From NCBI RefSeq assembly GCF_000143415.4, contig NW_003314312.1, forward strand, positions 1,251,262 to 1,315,261: DNA of 64,000 bases. The letters are read 5' to 3'. Under the pieces are notes generated by a model. The model saw only the letters and a list, made by a program, of their open reading frames with translations. It did no database searches and was not told where the DNA came from. A program made the position numbers and the translations under genes. Below, piece after piece: positions 36,200 to 49,390 of the stretch. Position 1 is the first letter of the stretch, and the number at the start of each line of letters is the position of its first letter. Source of the DNA: Selaginella moellendorffii (taxonomy: Eukaryota; Plantae; Lycopodiophyta).

Positions 36200-38056
36200 T
36201 GGCCTTCCAAACATAGCAAAGTAAAGATTTAATTTAGTTTCACTATGTTGACTATTATTGTAGGCAAATTGCACCAATAGAATATATAAATTTTATTATC
36301 CCTACTTTTGACCACCTCCAGCAAACAAAAATTAGGAAAGATCATTTCCAAGTAGACTGCAATCAGGTTTTGAAGCAATGATAGTCTTTCTAATACCATT
36401 CTCAATTCTAATGTTGTTTTGAGATGTTTTCCAAACATGTAAAGTAAGGACTTAATTTAGTTCCATTGTGTTGGTTATTGTTGTAGGCAAATTGCAACAA
36501 TAAAATACATAAATCCCATTGTCCATGCTTTTAACCAATATTACAACATAATATATTCTCCACCACTTGATTCACATGCTCAATTTGCCCATTTATCTGA
36601 GGATGATCTCCACTCAAGAGTTTCAAAGTCACTTGCATAGCTTTTGCAAAGCTCTTCCAAAATAGTGAACTTTGAGTCTTGATCACTAATGATGTTCTCC
36701 GACAAACCAAAATCAGGAAAAACCTTCTCTAAATAAATCACAACCAAGTTTGAGGTAGTGACAATCTTCTGAAATGCTAACAATTGCATATACTTTGTCA
36801 ATTGATCCACTATAATCCATATTTGCCTTTTTTGCCTTTGTGTTCACAGCAAGCAAGTGATAAAATCCATAAAAATACTACACCAATGGCTCTAAGGAAT
36901 AGGCAAAGGTTGTAAAAATCCCTTTGGCTTCTCTTATAGCACCTTTACCTGCTGATAGAGTTCACATGATTTACAATACTCGAGGATATCAACTTTCATA
37001 CTCTTCCAATAAAAATTGCATATAATCAGTTCATACCCTCTTAAATGACTAACCTTCGAATGATCATGATAGTAAAATAAAACATGATGAATTAACACAT
37101 CTAGCCATAGCAAATATATATAGTCATTGTAGTAAAGAATCCTATCCACCAATGAGAAAGGTGCTTTTAGCTAAACTCATAAAGATACCATCTTAACATC
37201 CTAAGCTTGAGCATGCTCAACCAATTGCCTTAACTCACTGACCACTTTACACATATGATATCAAAACCATGTTTGTAACTTTATCATATTTTGAACACAA
37301 GATAAAGCATTAGCCACCACATTTGATTTCCCCGAATGATGCTCAATAAGGAATTCCCCAAACTCCATAAGTTTAACCATTTAACAAGCTTGCATAGTGT
37401 TTAACTCTTTCTATGTGAAGAGATACATAAAAAGTTTGTGATCTATTAACACCACAAACACTGTACCATAAAGATAATACCTACATATTCATAAAGCATG
37501 AACAATGGAAAGTAACTTTTAATTATATGTAGAATATCCTTATTCCGTAGGATTCAAAGTCCAACTCTCATATACAATAGGTTGTCCTTTTTGAATGAGA
37601 ACTCCTTTTAATGTATAATCTTTTGCATTGCACATCATGTTATAAGGTTTTGATGAATTAACAATGCAAAGCACTAGAGCCTCGCTTAACAACTAATTTA
37701 ATGCAACAAAACTATTTGCATATGACTTTTTCCACTTGAATTGCACATTCTTAAACAACAACTATGTCAAAAGAATAGCCACCTTCACAAACTTGTGCTA
37801 AAAGCATGAGTAATAACTAGCTATACCATGAAAATTGCATAACTCTTTACAAATTCATATTTACTCTTCTTCATATAAAGTTTGTTATTAGGTAGTAACA
37901 AGAGAACTTTGTCCTTCATATTTTTGTTGAAAACAAGAATATCATTCAAGAAAATCTCCACAAACTCCAAACTTCCATCATTAACCGAATAAATGTGGTT
38001 GGTGCATTTGTCAAACCAAATGGTATGATTGTGAACTCAAAATGCCTGAAGCTTAT
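36200..38056 (-). pseudogene. Highly decayed gypsy pol (RT-RH-IN)
   Basis: FEFTIIPFGLTNAP, NVVANALS, FYWKSMK, IISDQDSKFT; AT-rich with many stops. Confidence 0.8.
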
Positions 38057-38757
38057 TGTAAGGAACCAACTCCCCGAGGTGTCGAAGGCTAAAGGATCCC
38101 TGAAAGCATAAAGAATTGATAAAGACTGAAATGATAAAGAATTCATCGGATGGGACCAAGTCTGAGATCGAGTCCAAGACCAACTCTGAGACTGAGTTCG
38201 AGATAGAGTCCGGGATCAAGTCCGAGGCCGACTCTGAGACTGAGTTTGAGACCGAGTCCGAGATCCGAGATTAGGTCCGAGACCGAGTCCGAGGTCGAGT
38301 CCGAGATCAAGTTCAAGGTCAAGTCCGAGTACGAAATCGGGTCCGAGATTGAGTCCAAGATCGAGTCCGAGACATGGAAGCAAGCCTCGGGGGCGGCGCG
38401 GCTGCTTGGCAAGGGCCAGCGTCACGCGGCGGGAAAGGGGAGGGGCCCCAAGTCCAAGTACTAATACAGGTCTAGGGGTGAAGCCCAAAGTGTGTGTCTC
38501 CTGGGGGGGGGAGGGGCTGTAGGGGGTTCCAAAAGTAGAGTAGGGATAGTGAGGTTCAGGAACTAGTCTTGAAGGAACTCTCTAGTGGTGCTTCCAAACT
38601 GACTTGAGGTTGAGATTGGGGCCATGGGGCCTTGGGTGGGAGTGAGCATGGAATCGGGTGGTGCTGGAGGGGTCACCCAAGGAAGTGCTTAAGAGCAGCT
38701 CCCACTCTTGAAAGGGAAACCAATTGCGGTGCTCCCGGCTCATGTGGAGTGGTGCCT
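38057..38757 (+). mobile_element. Truncated family-A LTR
   Basis: Starts TGTAAGGAACCAACTC and aligns by eye to the first ~650 bp of the 16914 LTR. Confidence 0.9.
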
Positions 38758-38759
38758 CA

Positions 38760-41700
38760 ACTTCCCATGGACTCACCCCAATACTCAAATGTGGTGAGTT
38801 GTTATAGCACATTTCCACAAGTCCCAAATGACTTACCCAATCAGTCTGGTCTCCTGAAACATAGCATCGCAAATAATCCTCTAGCTACCTATTCACCCTT
38901 TCCGTTTGTCCGTCTGTCAAGAAGTGTTAGTGCCATCAACTTGACTTAATACCCAATACCTATTTGTGGGTGATAGGTTATGCTAAATTTCAACTTGGTG
39001 CAATATTGTTTAAGGAGAGTTTTCCAAAACTTACTAGTGAAGATATTGTCTAGATCTGAGATAATCCCTTCTGGCCTTCCCTACACTCGAACCACTTATT
39101 CAAAGAATAGCTTCGCCACACCTTTCGCATCCACTTCCATTGTGGTGGGTATGAAATATGCCATGTTTGAAAATTGGTCCACCACCACAAATATCGCATC
39201 AAACCCCTCACTTGGGGGGAGTCCCGTGATGAAGTCTATCATAAGACATTTCTATGGACGATCTGAAATTGGGATGCTTTGTAACAAGCCCCCACTAGCC
39301 TTAGTCATGGCTTTAACCTGCTGACATGTTGTACATGTCTTTAATATTTTTGGACATCCTTATCTATACTTGGCCAGTGATACTTCCTCTTGAGTAAGCC
39401 CATCGTTTTGGGCACTCTGCCGTGTCTTGCAAGAGGTCCGTCATAACACCCTTCTAAGGCTACCTTCCTTAGTCCCCTTCTAGAATATACACCCTCCTTT
39501 GTTTATAATAGATGAGTCTATTGCATTCCATATAGCCTATTTTCTCTTCCATTGGCAACTCACCTCTCTGGTGAGCTTCCCGTGCCTCTAGATTCCTCAG
39601 CAACACTTCTTGTGCTAGACCATCGTTCTCATATGCTATCTGCACATCATGCCAAAAGGTATCACCAATTTCAAGCTCGCTTTTCGACTTAGAGCATCCG
39701 CCATAATATTGCTCTTCCCAGGCTTGTACAAAATCTCACAATCAAACTTGGTCAGAGCATTGGCCCACCGACCTTGTTTCCCTCTCAGACCGGGCTGTGA
39801 CAAAAAGTGTTTCGTTGCCACATTGTCCATGTAAACCTTGAAGTGTCTTCTCCACTCCTTGAGCACCTTGACCACCACAAACAATTCCTTCTCGTGGGCA
39901 GGCCACCTCTACTAAGCTTTGTCCAACTTCTTCGAGAAGAATGCTACTGGATGGTTGTCTTGCTTCAACACTGTGCCCAACGCAAAGTCTGAAGCATCTG
40001 TTTCTACCTCAAAGTCCTTAGCAAAATCTGGTAACACCAACATAGGAGCCTTCCTCAACTTCCCTTTGAGGTGGATGAATGCCACCTCGCATTCCATTTT
40101 CCATACCATCTTCCCTTTTCCCATTTGGTCCGTTAAAGGTAGGGCTACTCTCGAATAGTGTTTGATAAACTTTTGGTAGTAATTGCATAGCCCCAAGAAT
40201 GCCCTTAACTTGTGTACATTCGATGGTCGTTCCCATTCCTGGATCACTTGGACCTTCTCATTGTCCACCTTGAGCCTGTCCTTGCCCACCACATGCCCGA
40301 GAAACTTTACCTTTTGTTGAGCAAAGACACATTTACTTTCTTTAACATACAGTTGGTGTTCCCTTAGTTTTTCAAGCACATTCGTCAAGTGTTCGGCATG
40401 CTCCTCTAGTATTTTGCTATAGATCAGGATGTCATCAATATAGACAACCACGAAGTGATCCAGATAGGGTACAAAGATATGGTTCATCAATGCCAAAAAT
40501 GTTGTTGGCACATTGCATATCCCAAAGGGCATCACTAGAAACTCAAAGCTCCCATGTGGTTCATCAACGCCAAAAAACGTTGCCAGTGCATTGCATAGCC
40601 CAAAGGGCATCACCAAAAAGTCAAGTGTTCGGCATGCTCCTCTAGCGTCTCGCTATAGATCAGGATGTCGTTAATATAGACAACTACGAAGTGATCCAAA
40701 TAGGGTACAAAGATGTGGTTCATCAATGCCGAAAATGTTGCCAGCGTATTGCATATCCCAAAGGGCATCACTAGAAACTCAAAGCTCCCATACCTTGTTT
40801 GACAGGTTGTTTTCTCGGCTACCCTGATCTGGTAGTATCCCGACCTTAGGTCAATCCTTAAGAAGTATTTTGCCTTTCCCAACCTATCGAACAGGTCCTC
40901 AATCCTTGGCAAAAGGTATGTTCTTCTTTGTATACTTGTTGAGCAACTGGTAGTCTATGCACATGCGTATAGAACCATCTTTTTTTTTCACAAATAACAC
41001 TGGTGCTCCATATGACGACTTGTTTAACTTAACATACTACCAACTCTTTTAGTTGGTGCTTGAGCTCCTCGAATTCCTTTTTGTTCAGTCTTCACCAAGA
41101 GTAAGCATAAAAATGTTGCATTGGTTCCTTTAGTGAGTTGTCCTCTCATGGACACTAGGTTTAAGCAAGAGTCTTTAGGCTTACATTGCCCTACCTTTAG
41201 ATCCTAGGCCTCCACCCTGGATCATTCTCCCCGGGCATTTGCAAATACCACAAGATTCCTATCTTATCTATATAGGGCTACTATGAACAGATTGAACTAA
41301 TCCATCCCAAATATTATGTCAAATCCTGCCATGTCCAACATGGTGAAATCCGTGTGTACTTTCCATGTCCCTACTTCAACTCTTGTTTATCGAAGTATCT
41401 CATCGGTGTTTTGGCTACCTTGAACAAACTTTATCATCCACTACACTATTAGTCCGGCTTGCCGGACTATGTATGCAGCCACAAAATTATCCGAAGCACC
41501 TGTGTCAATAAGGATCTTAACAAAGCTACCTCCAAGCTTCCCTCGGAGGGCTAGTAGATGTCGCGAACGACTCTTTACCAAAATTGCTTGTGTAATGAGT
41601 AATTTTGAGCTAGGGACTGGATCACGTACCTCAGTTTGGATTTCACCCAACTTAATGGCCATATTAGCTCTGGTCTTGTTCGGGTAAAGACATTCCCTTG

Positions 41701-43270
41701 AAAAGTGTCCCACTTCACTGTAGTTGTAGCATATGTTGTTTCCCACGCTACTAGCAGACTTGACTTTCTTATCCTTGGGTTTATCTCTTTTTGCTTCACT
41801 CCCTCACGTACTTGTTTGCTAACCACCGGATTTGCCTTTCCAGAACCCCGAGGACTCATTCTTAGAGAAACTCTTCTTGAATTTCCCTTTGCCATATGTT
41901 CCCCTTGGTTTGGTTCCTTTGCTAAATGTGGACCCTGACCCCAACCCCAGATTACATCAAATCTTGCCATGTCCAATATGGTGAAATCCGTGTTTACTTT
42001 CCATGTCCCTACTTTGCCTCTTGCTTATCAATGTATCTCATCGGTGCTTTGGCTACCTTGAACAAACTCTATCATCCACTACACTGTTAGTCCAGCTTGC
42101 CGGACTATGTATGCAGCCACAAAATTATCCGAAGCACCTGTGTCAATAAAGATCTTAACAAAGCTACCTCTAAGCGGGCTAGTAGATGTCGCGAATGACT
42201 CTTTACCAAAGTTGCTCGTGTAATGAGTAACTTTGAGTTAGGGCCTGGATCACATACCTCAATTTGGATTTCACCTGACTTAATGGCCATATTGGCTTTG
42301 GTCTTCTTCGGGTAAAGACATTCCCTCGAAAAGTGTCCCACTTCACCGCAGTTGTAGCATACGTTGTTTCCCACGCTGCTAGCAGACTTGACTTTCTTAT
42401 CCGTGGGTTTGTCTCTTTTTGTTTGACTACCCCACGTACTTGCTCGCTAGCCACCGGATCTGCCTTTTCAAAACCCCAAAGACTCATTCTTAAAGAAACT
42501 CTTCTTGAATTTCTCTTTGCTATATGTTCCCCTTGGTTTGGCCCCTTTGCTAAACGTGGACCCTGACCCTGTCATGTTTCCCTTTCGTAGGTTATCATTG
42601 AAATGCACCTTGATAGCCGCATCCAACGCTTCCTTGTAATTGGTCGGGTTCCAACGCATTACCTCGCTATGAGCCCAGGTTTGCAAGCTTGATATGAAGG
42701 CATGGAACGCATCCATATCACCCATATCCGTGACAAGTATCTTTTTTGTCATAAACCCATTCACATACTATTGAATGGTTCTAGTCTGCTTCAGCTTACT
42801 CAGCTTATTCATTAAGTGCAAAGTAGCATTCGGAGGAACATAAGTCGTGCGGATCGTCGCCTTCATCATTTCCCAAGTGGTCACTAGTCCTTCGTTGGCC
42901 TCTATTGTTCTCCATCAAGACATGGCATTATTTTCTAAATATGGTTTTGCACATGGGACCTCCTCCGAGCTCAGTAACCACAACGCTCGGAAGTAGTCCT
43001 TCATATCGTAAAACCAATCTTCCACCACTTTATAGTCATTCACTCCCTTGAAGACCGGTGGGGGTTTTGGTTTGTACTTGGGAACCACCTGAGGGACTGA
43101 TTCCACTTCAGTTTGTTCGACCTTGTTTGGTTCTGCCTCAGTCCCTACCAAAGGGTCCGCACCTTCTGCACTACCACCATCCGCGGTCTTTCGCCTTTTC
43201 TTCCGCTTCTCATCATGCTTTAGCTTGCATACGAGAGTCTCCAGCAGAGCATCGGTCTATGCTAATTGTC
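38760..43270 (-). mobile_element. Family-A gag-pol internal region, degenerate, with internal tandem duplications
   Basis: ORFs nearly identical to 18417-22200; knuckle/protease block present twice (~41290-41940 and ~41945-42570); RT block partly duplicated at 40380-40790. Confidence 0.92.
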
Positions 43271-43396
43271 ATTTGTAGATGATATCTTAGACAAGCTTGG
43301 TGAAACAAAAGTGTCTACTAAGATTGATCTAAGGAGTGGATATCTTCAGATTGCAATGGAGGACACATTTATTTCCAAGATAACAGTTAATATAAG

Positions 43397-44494
43397 TGTA
43401 AGCCACAAATTTTTCCCTTCCAATTAGCCAACTTAACTTGTATATCCGACCAACACTAGCTTGGCTTTAGCTAAATTCCTTTGCCAAGGTTCCCATCTAT
43501 GCACCAGCTCCTACTTGGTCCTACTTGGTTTCAACTACTCACTGCATGAGCAATAGAGCATTAGCCATCTATCCACAGATACCCAAATCTCTCCCAATCC
43601 CCCTCCCCGGGTTAGCCGTAGGTTTAGCTACACTCCCCGTAGGCACAAGTAGCCAAGCGCACTAAGCCTCCAAGCTCCTAACATCCCTTGGTATAACAAG
43701 ACTTGATTATGGGACCCTCTAAATCCTAAGCCTTGGGTGCAACACTTGCTTTGGGATGCTGAGGCAAAACACCGTGGCCTAACGGCCTGGTATAGGTACC
43801 TCTACCATAACACTTTCATCCCGAAGGGAAGGCCCAAGCCCCTAGGAAGAGTGAGGACCACATGGGCCAGGAGCACCACAGTTGGTTGCCCTTCTGGGAG
43901 TGGGAGCTGCTCTTGAGCACTTCCTTGGGTGGCCCCTCCGGCACCACCTGAGTCCATGCTCACTCCCATCCAAGTCCCCTTGGCCCCAATCTCAACCTCA
44001 AGTCAGTTTGGAAGCACCACTGGAGAGTTCCTTCAAGACTAGTTCCTGGACCTCACTATCCCTACTATAATTTGGGAGCCCCCTACAGCCCCCTCCCCCC
44101 CCCCCCGCTAGGAGACACATGCTTTGGGCTTTCACCCCACAACCTGTATTAGTATTCGGACTCGGTCTCGGACTCGATCTCGGACTCGACGTTGGACTTG
44201 ACTTTGGACTCGGTCTCGGACTCGGTCTTGGACTCAATCTCGGACCCAACAGTCTCTGTCTCGGTCTCGATCTAAAACTTGGTCTCAGACCCGATATCGG
44301 ATCTCAGACTCGATCTCAAACTCGGTTTTGGAGTCGGTCTTGGACTGGATCTCAGACTCGGTCTCGAACTCGGTCTTAGAGTTGGTCTCAGACTCGATCT
44401 CAAAGTTGGTCTCATCGAATGAACTCTTTATCATTTTGGTCGTGTCTTCAGGGATCCTTTAGCCTTAGACACCTCGGGGAGTCAATTCCTTACA
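43397..44494 (-). mobile_element. Family-A LTR in reverse orientation
   Basis: Begins TGTAAGCCAC (reverse complement of the LTR end) and ends TTCCTTACA. Confidence 0.92.
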
Positions 44495-47400
44495 CGAACC
44501 TTAAGTCCAGTTTAACCTGGGGAGGGGGATTGGGAAAGATTTGAGAATCTGTGGATGGATGGCTAACACTCCATTGCTCGTGCAGTGAGTAGCTGAAACC
44601 AAGTAGGACCAAGTAGGAGCTATTGCATAGGCGGGAACCTTGGTGTGGGAACTTTGCTAAAGCCAAGGCAGTGTTAGTCGGATAGACGAGGTAAGTTGGC
44701 AGATTGGAAGGGAAAAATTTATGGCTTACAATTTGGTATTAGAGCCTTTTCCTCAGTTCTAGCAAAGGATAGAGGTGGATTGCTGGGAGATGGCAAAGAG
44801 AAGGCGTAAACAAACCAAGGTGGAGACAGAACCTCCTCTAGAGCTGGAGCTTCCAGTTGAACAAAAGGCGATAGATGAGAAATCCTTGCATGAGGAGGAC
44901 TCTAGTGAGGAAACTTCTAAATAGAAGTCTGGTGGTGAAGTTTGGTCATCCAAGATTCGATAGGACGTTTTAAAAGGACAATTGGCATAGACCAATGCCC
45001 TACTTGAGACTCTCGTACACAAGCTAAAGCATGACAAGAAGCGGAAGAAAAGGCGAAAGACCACAGATGCTGGCAGTGCAGAAGGTGCAGACCCTTCGGT
45101 AGTGACTGAGGCAGAACCAAACAAGGTTGAACAAACTAAAGTGGAATCAGTCCCTCAGGTGGTTCTCAAGTACAAACCAAAGTGCCGGTCTTCAAGGGAG
45201 TGAATGACTATAAAGTGGTAGAAGATTGGTTTTACGATATGGAGGACTACTTCCGAGCATTGCGATTACCGAGCTCGGAGAAGGTCCAATGTGCAAAACC
45301 ATATTTGGCAGATAATGCCAAGTCTTGGTGGAGAACAACGGAGGCCAACGAAGGACCGATGGCCACTTGGGAAATGACGAAGGCGAGGATCAACACGACT
45401 TATGTTCCTCCGAATGCTACTCTACATCTAAGGGATGAGCTGAGTAGGCTAAAGCAGACTGAAACCATTCAAGAGTATGTGAATGGGTTTATGGCAAAGA
45501 GGATATTTGTCATAGATATGGGTGATATGGATGCGTTCCATGCCTTCATATCAGGCTTGCAAACCTGGGCTCGCGGCGAGGTGATGTGTTGGAACCCGAC
45601 CAATTACAAGGAAGCGTTGGATGTGGCTATCAAGGTGCATTTCAATGATAACCTATGAAAGGGAAACATGACAGGGTCGAGGTCTACGTTTAGCAAAGGG
45701 GCCAAACCAAAGGGAACATATAGCAAATGGAAATTCAAGAAGAATTTCTTTAAGAATGTGTCTTTGGGGTTCCGAAAAGGCAATTTCGGTGGCTAGCGAG
45801 CAAGTACGTGGGGTAGCAAAAAAAAAAGAGACAAACCCACAGATAAGAAAGTCAAGTCTGCTAGCAGTGTGGGAAACAACATATGTTACAACTGTAGTGA
45901 AGCAACACACTTTTTGAGGGAATGTCTTTACCCGAAGAAGGCCAGAGCCAATATGGCCATTAAGTCGGGTGAAATCCAAATTGAGGTATGTGATCCAGTC
46001 CCTAACTCAAAGTTACTCATTACACGAGCAATTTTGGTAGAGAGTCCTTCGCGACATCTCCTAGCCTTTCGAGGGAAGCTTGAAAGTAGCTTTGTTAAGA
46101 TTCTTATTGACACGGGTGCTTTGGATAATTTTGTGGCTGTAGACATAGTCTGGCAAGCTGGACTAATGGTGCAGTGGTTGGGTGAACCAAGGATGATAGA
46201 GTTTGTTCAAGGTAGCCAAAGCACCAATGAGATACTTCGATAAGCGAGAGTCGAAGTAGGGACATGGAAAATAGACACGGATTTCACCATGTTGGACATG
46301 GCAAGATTTAACGTAATTTTCGGAATGGATTGGTTCAATTGGTTTGTAATAGCCTTGTATGGACAAGGTAAGAACCTTGTGGTATTAGCAAATGCCCAGG
46401 GAGAACGATCTAGGGTGGAGGTTTAGGATCTAAAGGTAGGGCAATTTAAAGCCAAAGACTCCTGCTTAAACCTGGTGTCTACGAGAGGACAACTCACTAA
46501 AGGAACCAAGGCAACATTTTTATGTTTACTCTTAATGAAGAGTGACAAAAAGACGGGAACGGAAGAAGTACCTTTACATCTAGCGGGTGTTAGACTAATT
46601 CCAAGATACCATGCCGGAGGAATTACCAGCGGGATTGCCCCCTGCACGACTAATAGAACATAAGATTGAGCTAATCGAGGGTGCTAAGGCGGTGGTTCGT
46701 CCACCCTATCATTTGAACAAAAAGGAACTCGAAGAGCTTAAGCACCAACTAGAAGAGTTGGTGGACAAAGAGTATATTAGGTTGAGCAAGTCGTCATATG
46801 GGGCGCCGGTGTTATTTGTGAAAAAGAAAGATGATTCTATATGCATGTGCATAGACTACCGGTTGCTCAACAAGTATACAATGAAGAACAAGTACCCTTT
46901 GCCAAGGATTGAGGACCTGTTCGATAAGTTGGGAAAGGCAAAATACTTTTTGAGGATTGACCTAAGGTCAGGATACTATCAGATGGGTAGCAGAGGAAGA
47001 TGTCGAGAAGACAACCTGTCAAACAAGGTATAGGAGCTTTGACTTTTTGGTGATGCCCTTCGGGCTATGCAATGCGCCGGCAACGTTTTTTGGTGTTGAT
47101 GAACCACATCTTTGTACCCTATTTGGATCACTTCATGGCCGTCTATATTGACGACATCCTGATCTATAGCAAGATGCTAGAGGAACATGCTGAACACTTG
47201 ACGAAGGTGTTTGAAAAACTAAGGGAACACCAACTGTATGCTAAAGAAAGCAAATGTGACTTTGCTCAACAAAAGGTAAAGTTTCTCGGGTATATGGTGG
47301 GCAAGGATAGGCTCAAGGTGGACCCTGAGAAGGTCCAAGTGATTCAGGAATGGGAACGACCATCGAATGTACATGAGTTAAGGGCATTCTTACTCAAGGG

Positions 47401-48948
47401 GCTTACTCAAGAGGAAGTATCACTGGCCAAGTATAGATAAGGATGTCCAAAAATATTAAAGACATGTACAATATATCAGCAGGTTAAAGCCGTGACTAAG
47501 GCTAGTGGGGGCTTGTTACAAAGCATCCCAATTTCAGATTGTCCATAGAAATGTCTTATGATGGACTTCATCACAAGACTCCCCCCAAGTGAGGGGTTTG
47601 ATGCGATATTTGTGGTGGTGAACCGATTTTCAAACATGGCATATTTCATACCTACCACAACGGAAGTGGATGCGAAAGGTGTGGTGAAGCTATTCTTTGA
47701 ACAAGTGGTTCGAGTGCAGGGAAGGCCAGAAGGGATTATCTCAGATCTAGATAATATCTTCACCAGTAGGTTCTGGAAAACTCTCCTTGAACAGTGTTGC
47801 ACCAAGTTGAAATTCAGCATAACCTATCACCCACATATAGGTATTGGGTATTAAGTCAAGTTGATGGCACTAACAATTCTTGACAGACGGACAAACGGAA
47901 AGGGTGAATAGGTAGCTAGAGGATTATTTGCGATGCTATGTCTCAGGAGACTAGATTGATTGGGTAAGTCATTTGGGATTTGTGGAAATGTGCTATAACA
48001 ACTCACCACACTCGAGTATCGGGGGGAATCCATGGGAAGTCATCAATGGGCTAGTTATTGAAGGTCCTGTAGAACTCGGTGTGGCCGAGTATCATGGAGA
48101 GTTACCTGTAGTGGAGGCATTCACGGTGGATCAGCCGGAAGTTGACCCAAAGGTAAAAATGCATGCAGTTGTTTAAACAAACTGATCTTGAGTTCTTTAA
48201 GTAGGTTCGCAGGGCCATACGAGATTGAGGCACGAATCGATAAAGTGGCTTACTGCCTCCGACTTCCTCGAGATGGGGAAGATGCACCCAGTGTTTCATG
48301 TGAACTTATTCAAGCCATACTTTGAGGATCCGCGTCGCAAGTACCAAGTGAGACCTTTACCTGAGGTTATCCAAGGGGAAAAGGAATACAAAGTCGAGGC
48401 CATTCTCAATGCACGCAAGAGCAAATGACAAGGACACGAGGTGAGAGAGTTCCATGTGAAGTGGAAAGGATTTCCACACTGCAAAGTAACATGGGAACTA
48501 GAGGAGAACCTAGCGAACTCTAAGACAGAACTCTATATACTTATGCAAAGTTCAAATAAAGGTATCAATTTGTGAAGTTGAGCAATGGTATACATTGTGA
48601 CCCGAAGGCGTGCCGAAGGTAAGCTAATTAGTATGGGTTAACTAGGTCGACCTGGCGTAGGGAATTACACCCAACTCCCCGCGGGGATGTGGAATCCATA
48701 GACATATTTTACGAAGGTTGGGTTCGAGTCCTAACCCCTTAGTAAAGCAACGCTGGGTTCAAGTCCCAACCCCATACTAGGGCGTGGTGTGGTGTGGGGT
48801 ATAGGGACATCTATATTCCGTTGTCATGGGCTTTTGGCCGGGGAGGCTAATTTAGGCACACTGCTAAGTGGGGGGATGCCCCCGGAGACATGGTCAATAA
48901 GTCATAGGATTAAAAAGAGACATTCGATGTGGGCATCGAACTTCTTAT
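44495..48948 (+). mobile_element. Family-A element: partial 5' LTR, degenerate gag-pol with RNase H deleted, cut just before the PPT
   Basis: LTR end at 44730; PBS TGGTATTAGAGC; gag/RT/IN/chromodomain remnants; the 3' UTR ends at the DNA transposon TIR. Confidence 0.92.
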
Positions 48949-49390
48949 AAGCTCTATTTCGTTAAAGTGGGAATTGTCATTATCCCACTTGTAAAATAAG
49001 GTTTCCAAACCTTTATATAGTATATAAATATAACAAAATTCAACTGCATTGAGGCACATGCCATTTTATTTTAAACAAGGAAATGTCTACTCAATCACTT
49101 CTCCTCCCCCTGCCACTGCTTCACCTCTCTCTTCTCCTTGTCATCGTCGTCCAATTTCTTTCCATCCTTTTAATATTGGCTCAGTTGCTCCGAGTCTAGG
49201 TGGAGCCCAAGTCCCCATTCAATCTTTACTTTCCCCTTATTAATAAAACAACTTCGCAGACTTCCAATAACATGCTGTAACACTTCTAGTATAATGCAAA
49301 TCCTCTCAAAGAATTGTCTTTTAATATTAATACAATGGCATGGAACCCTATGCCATAATAAGTTACATTTTTAAATAAATACATGCCATC

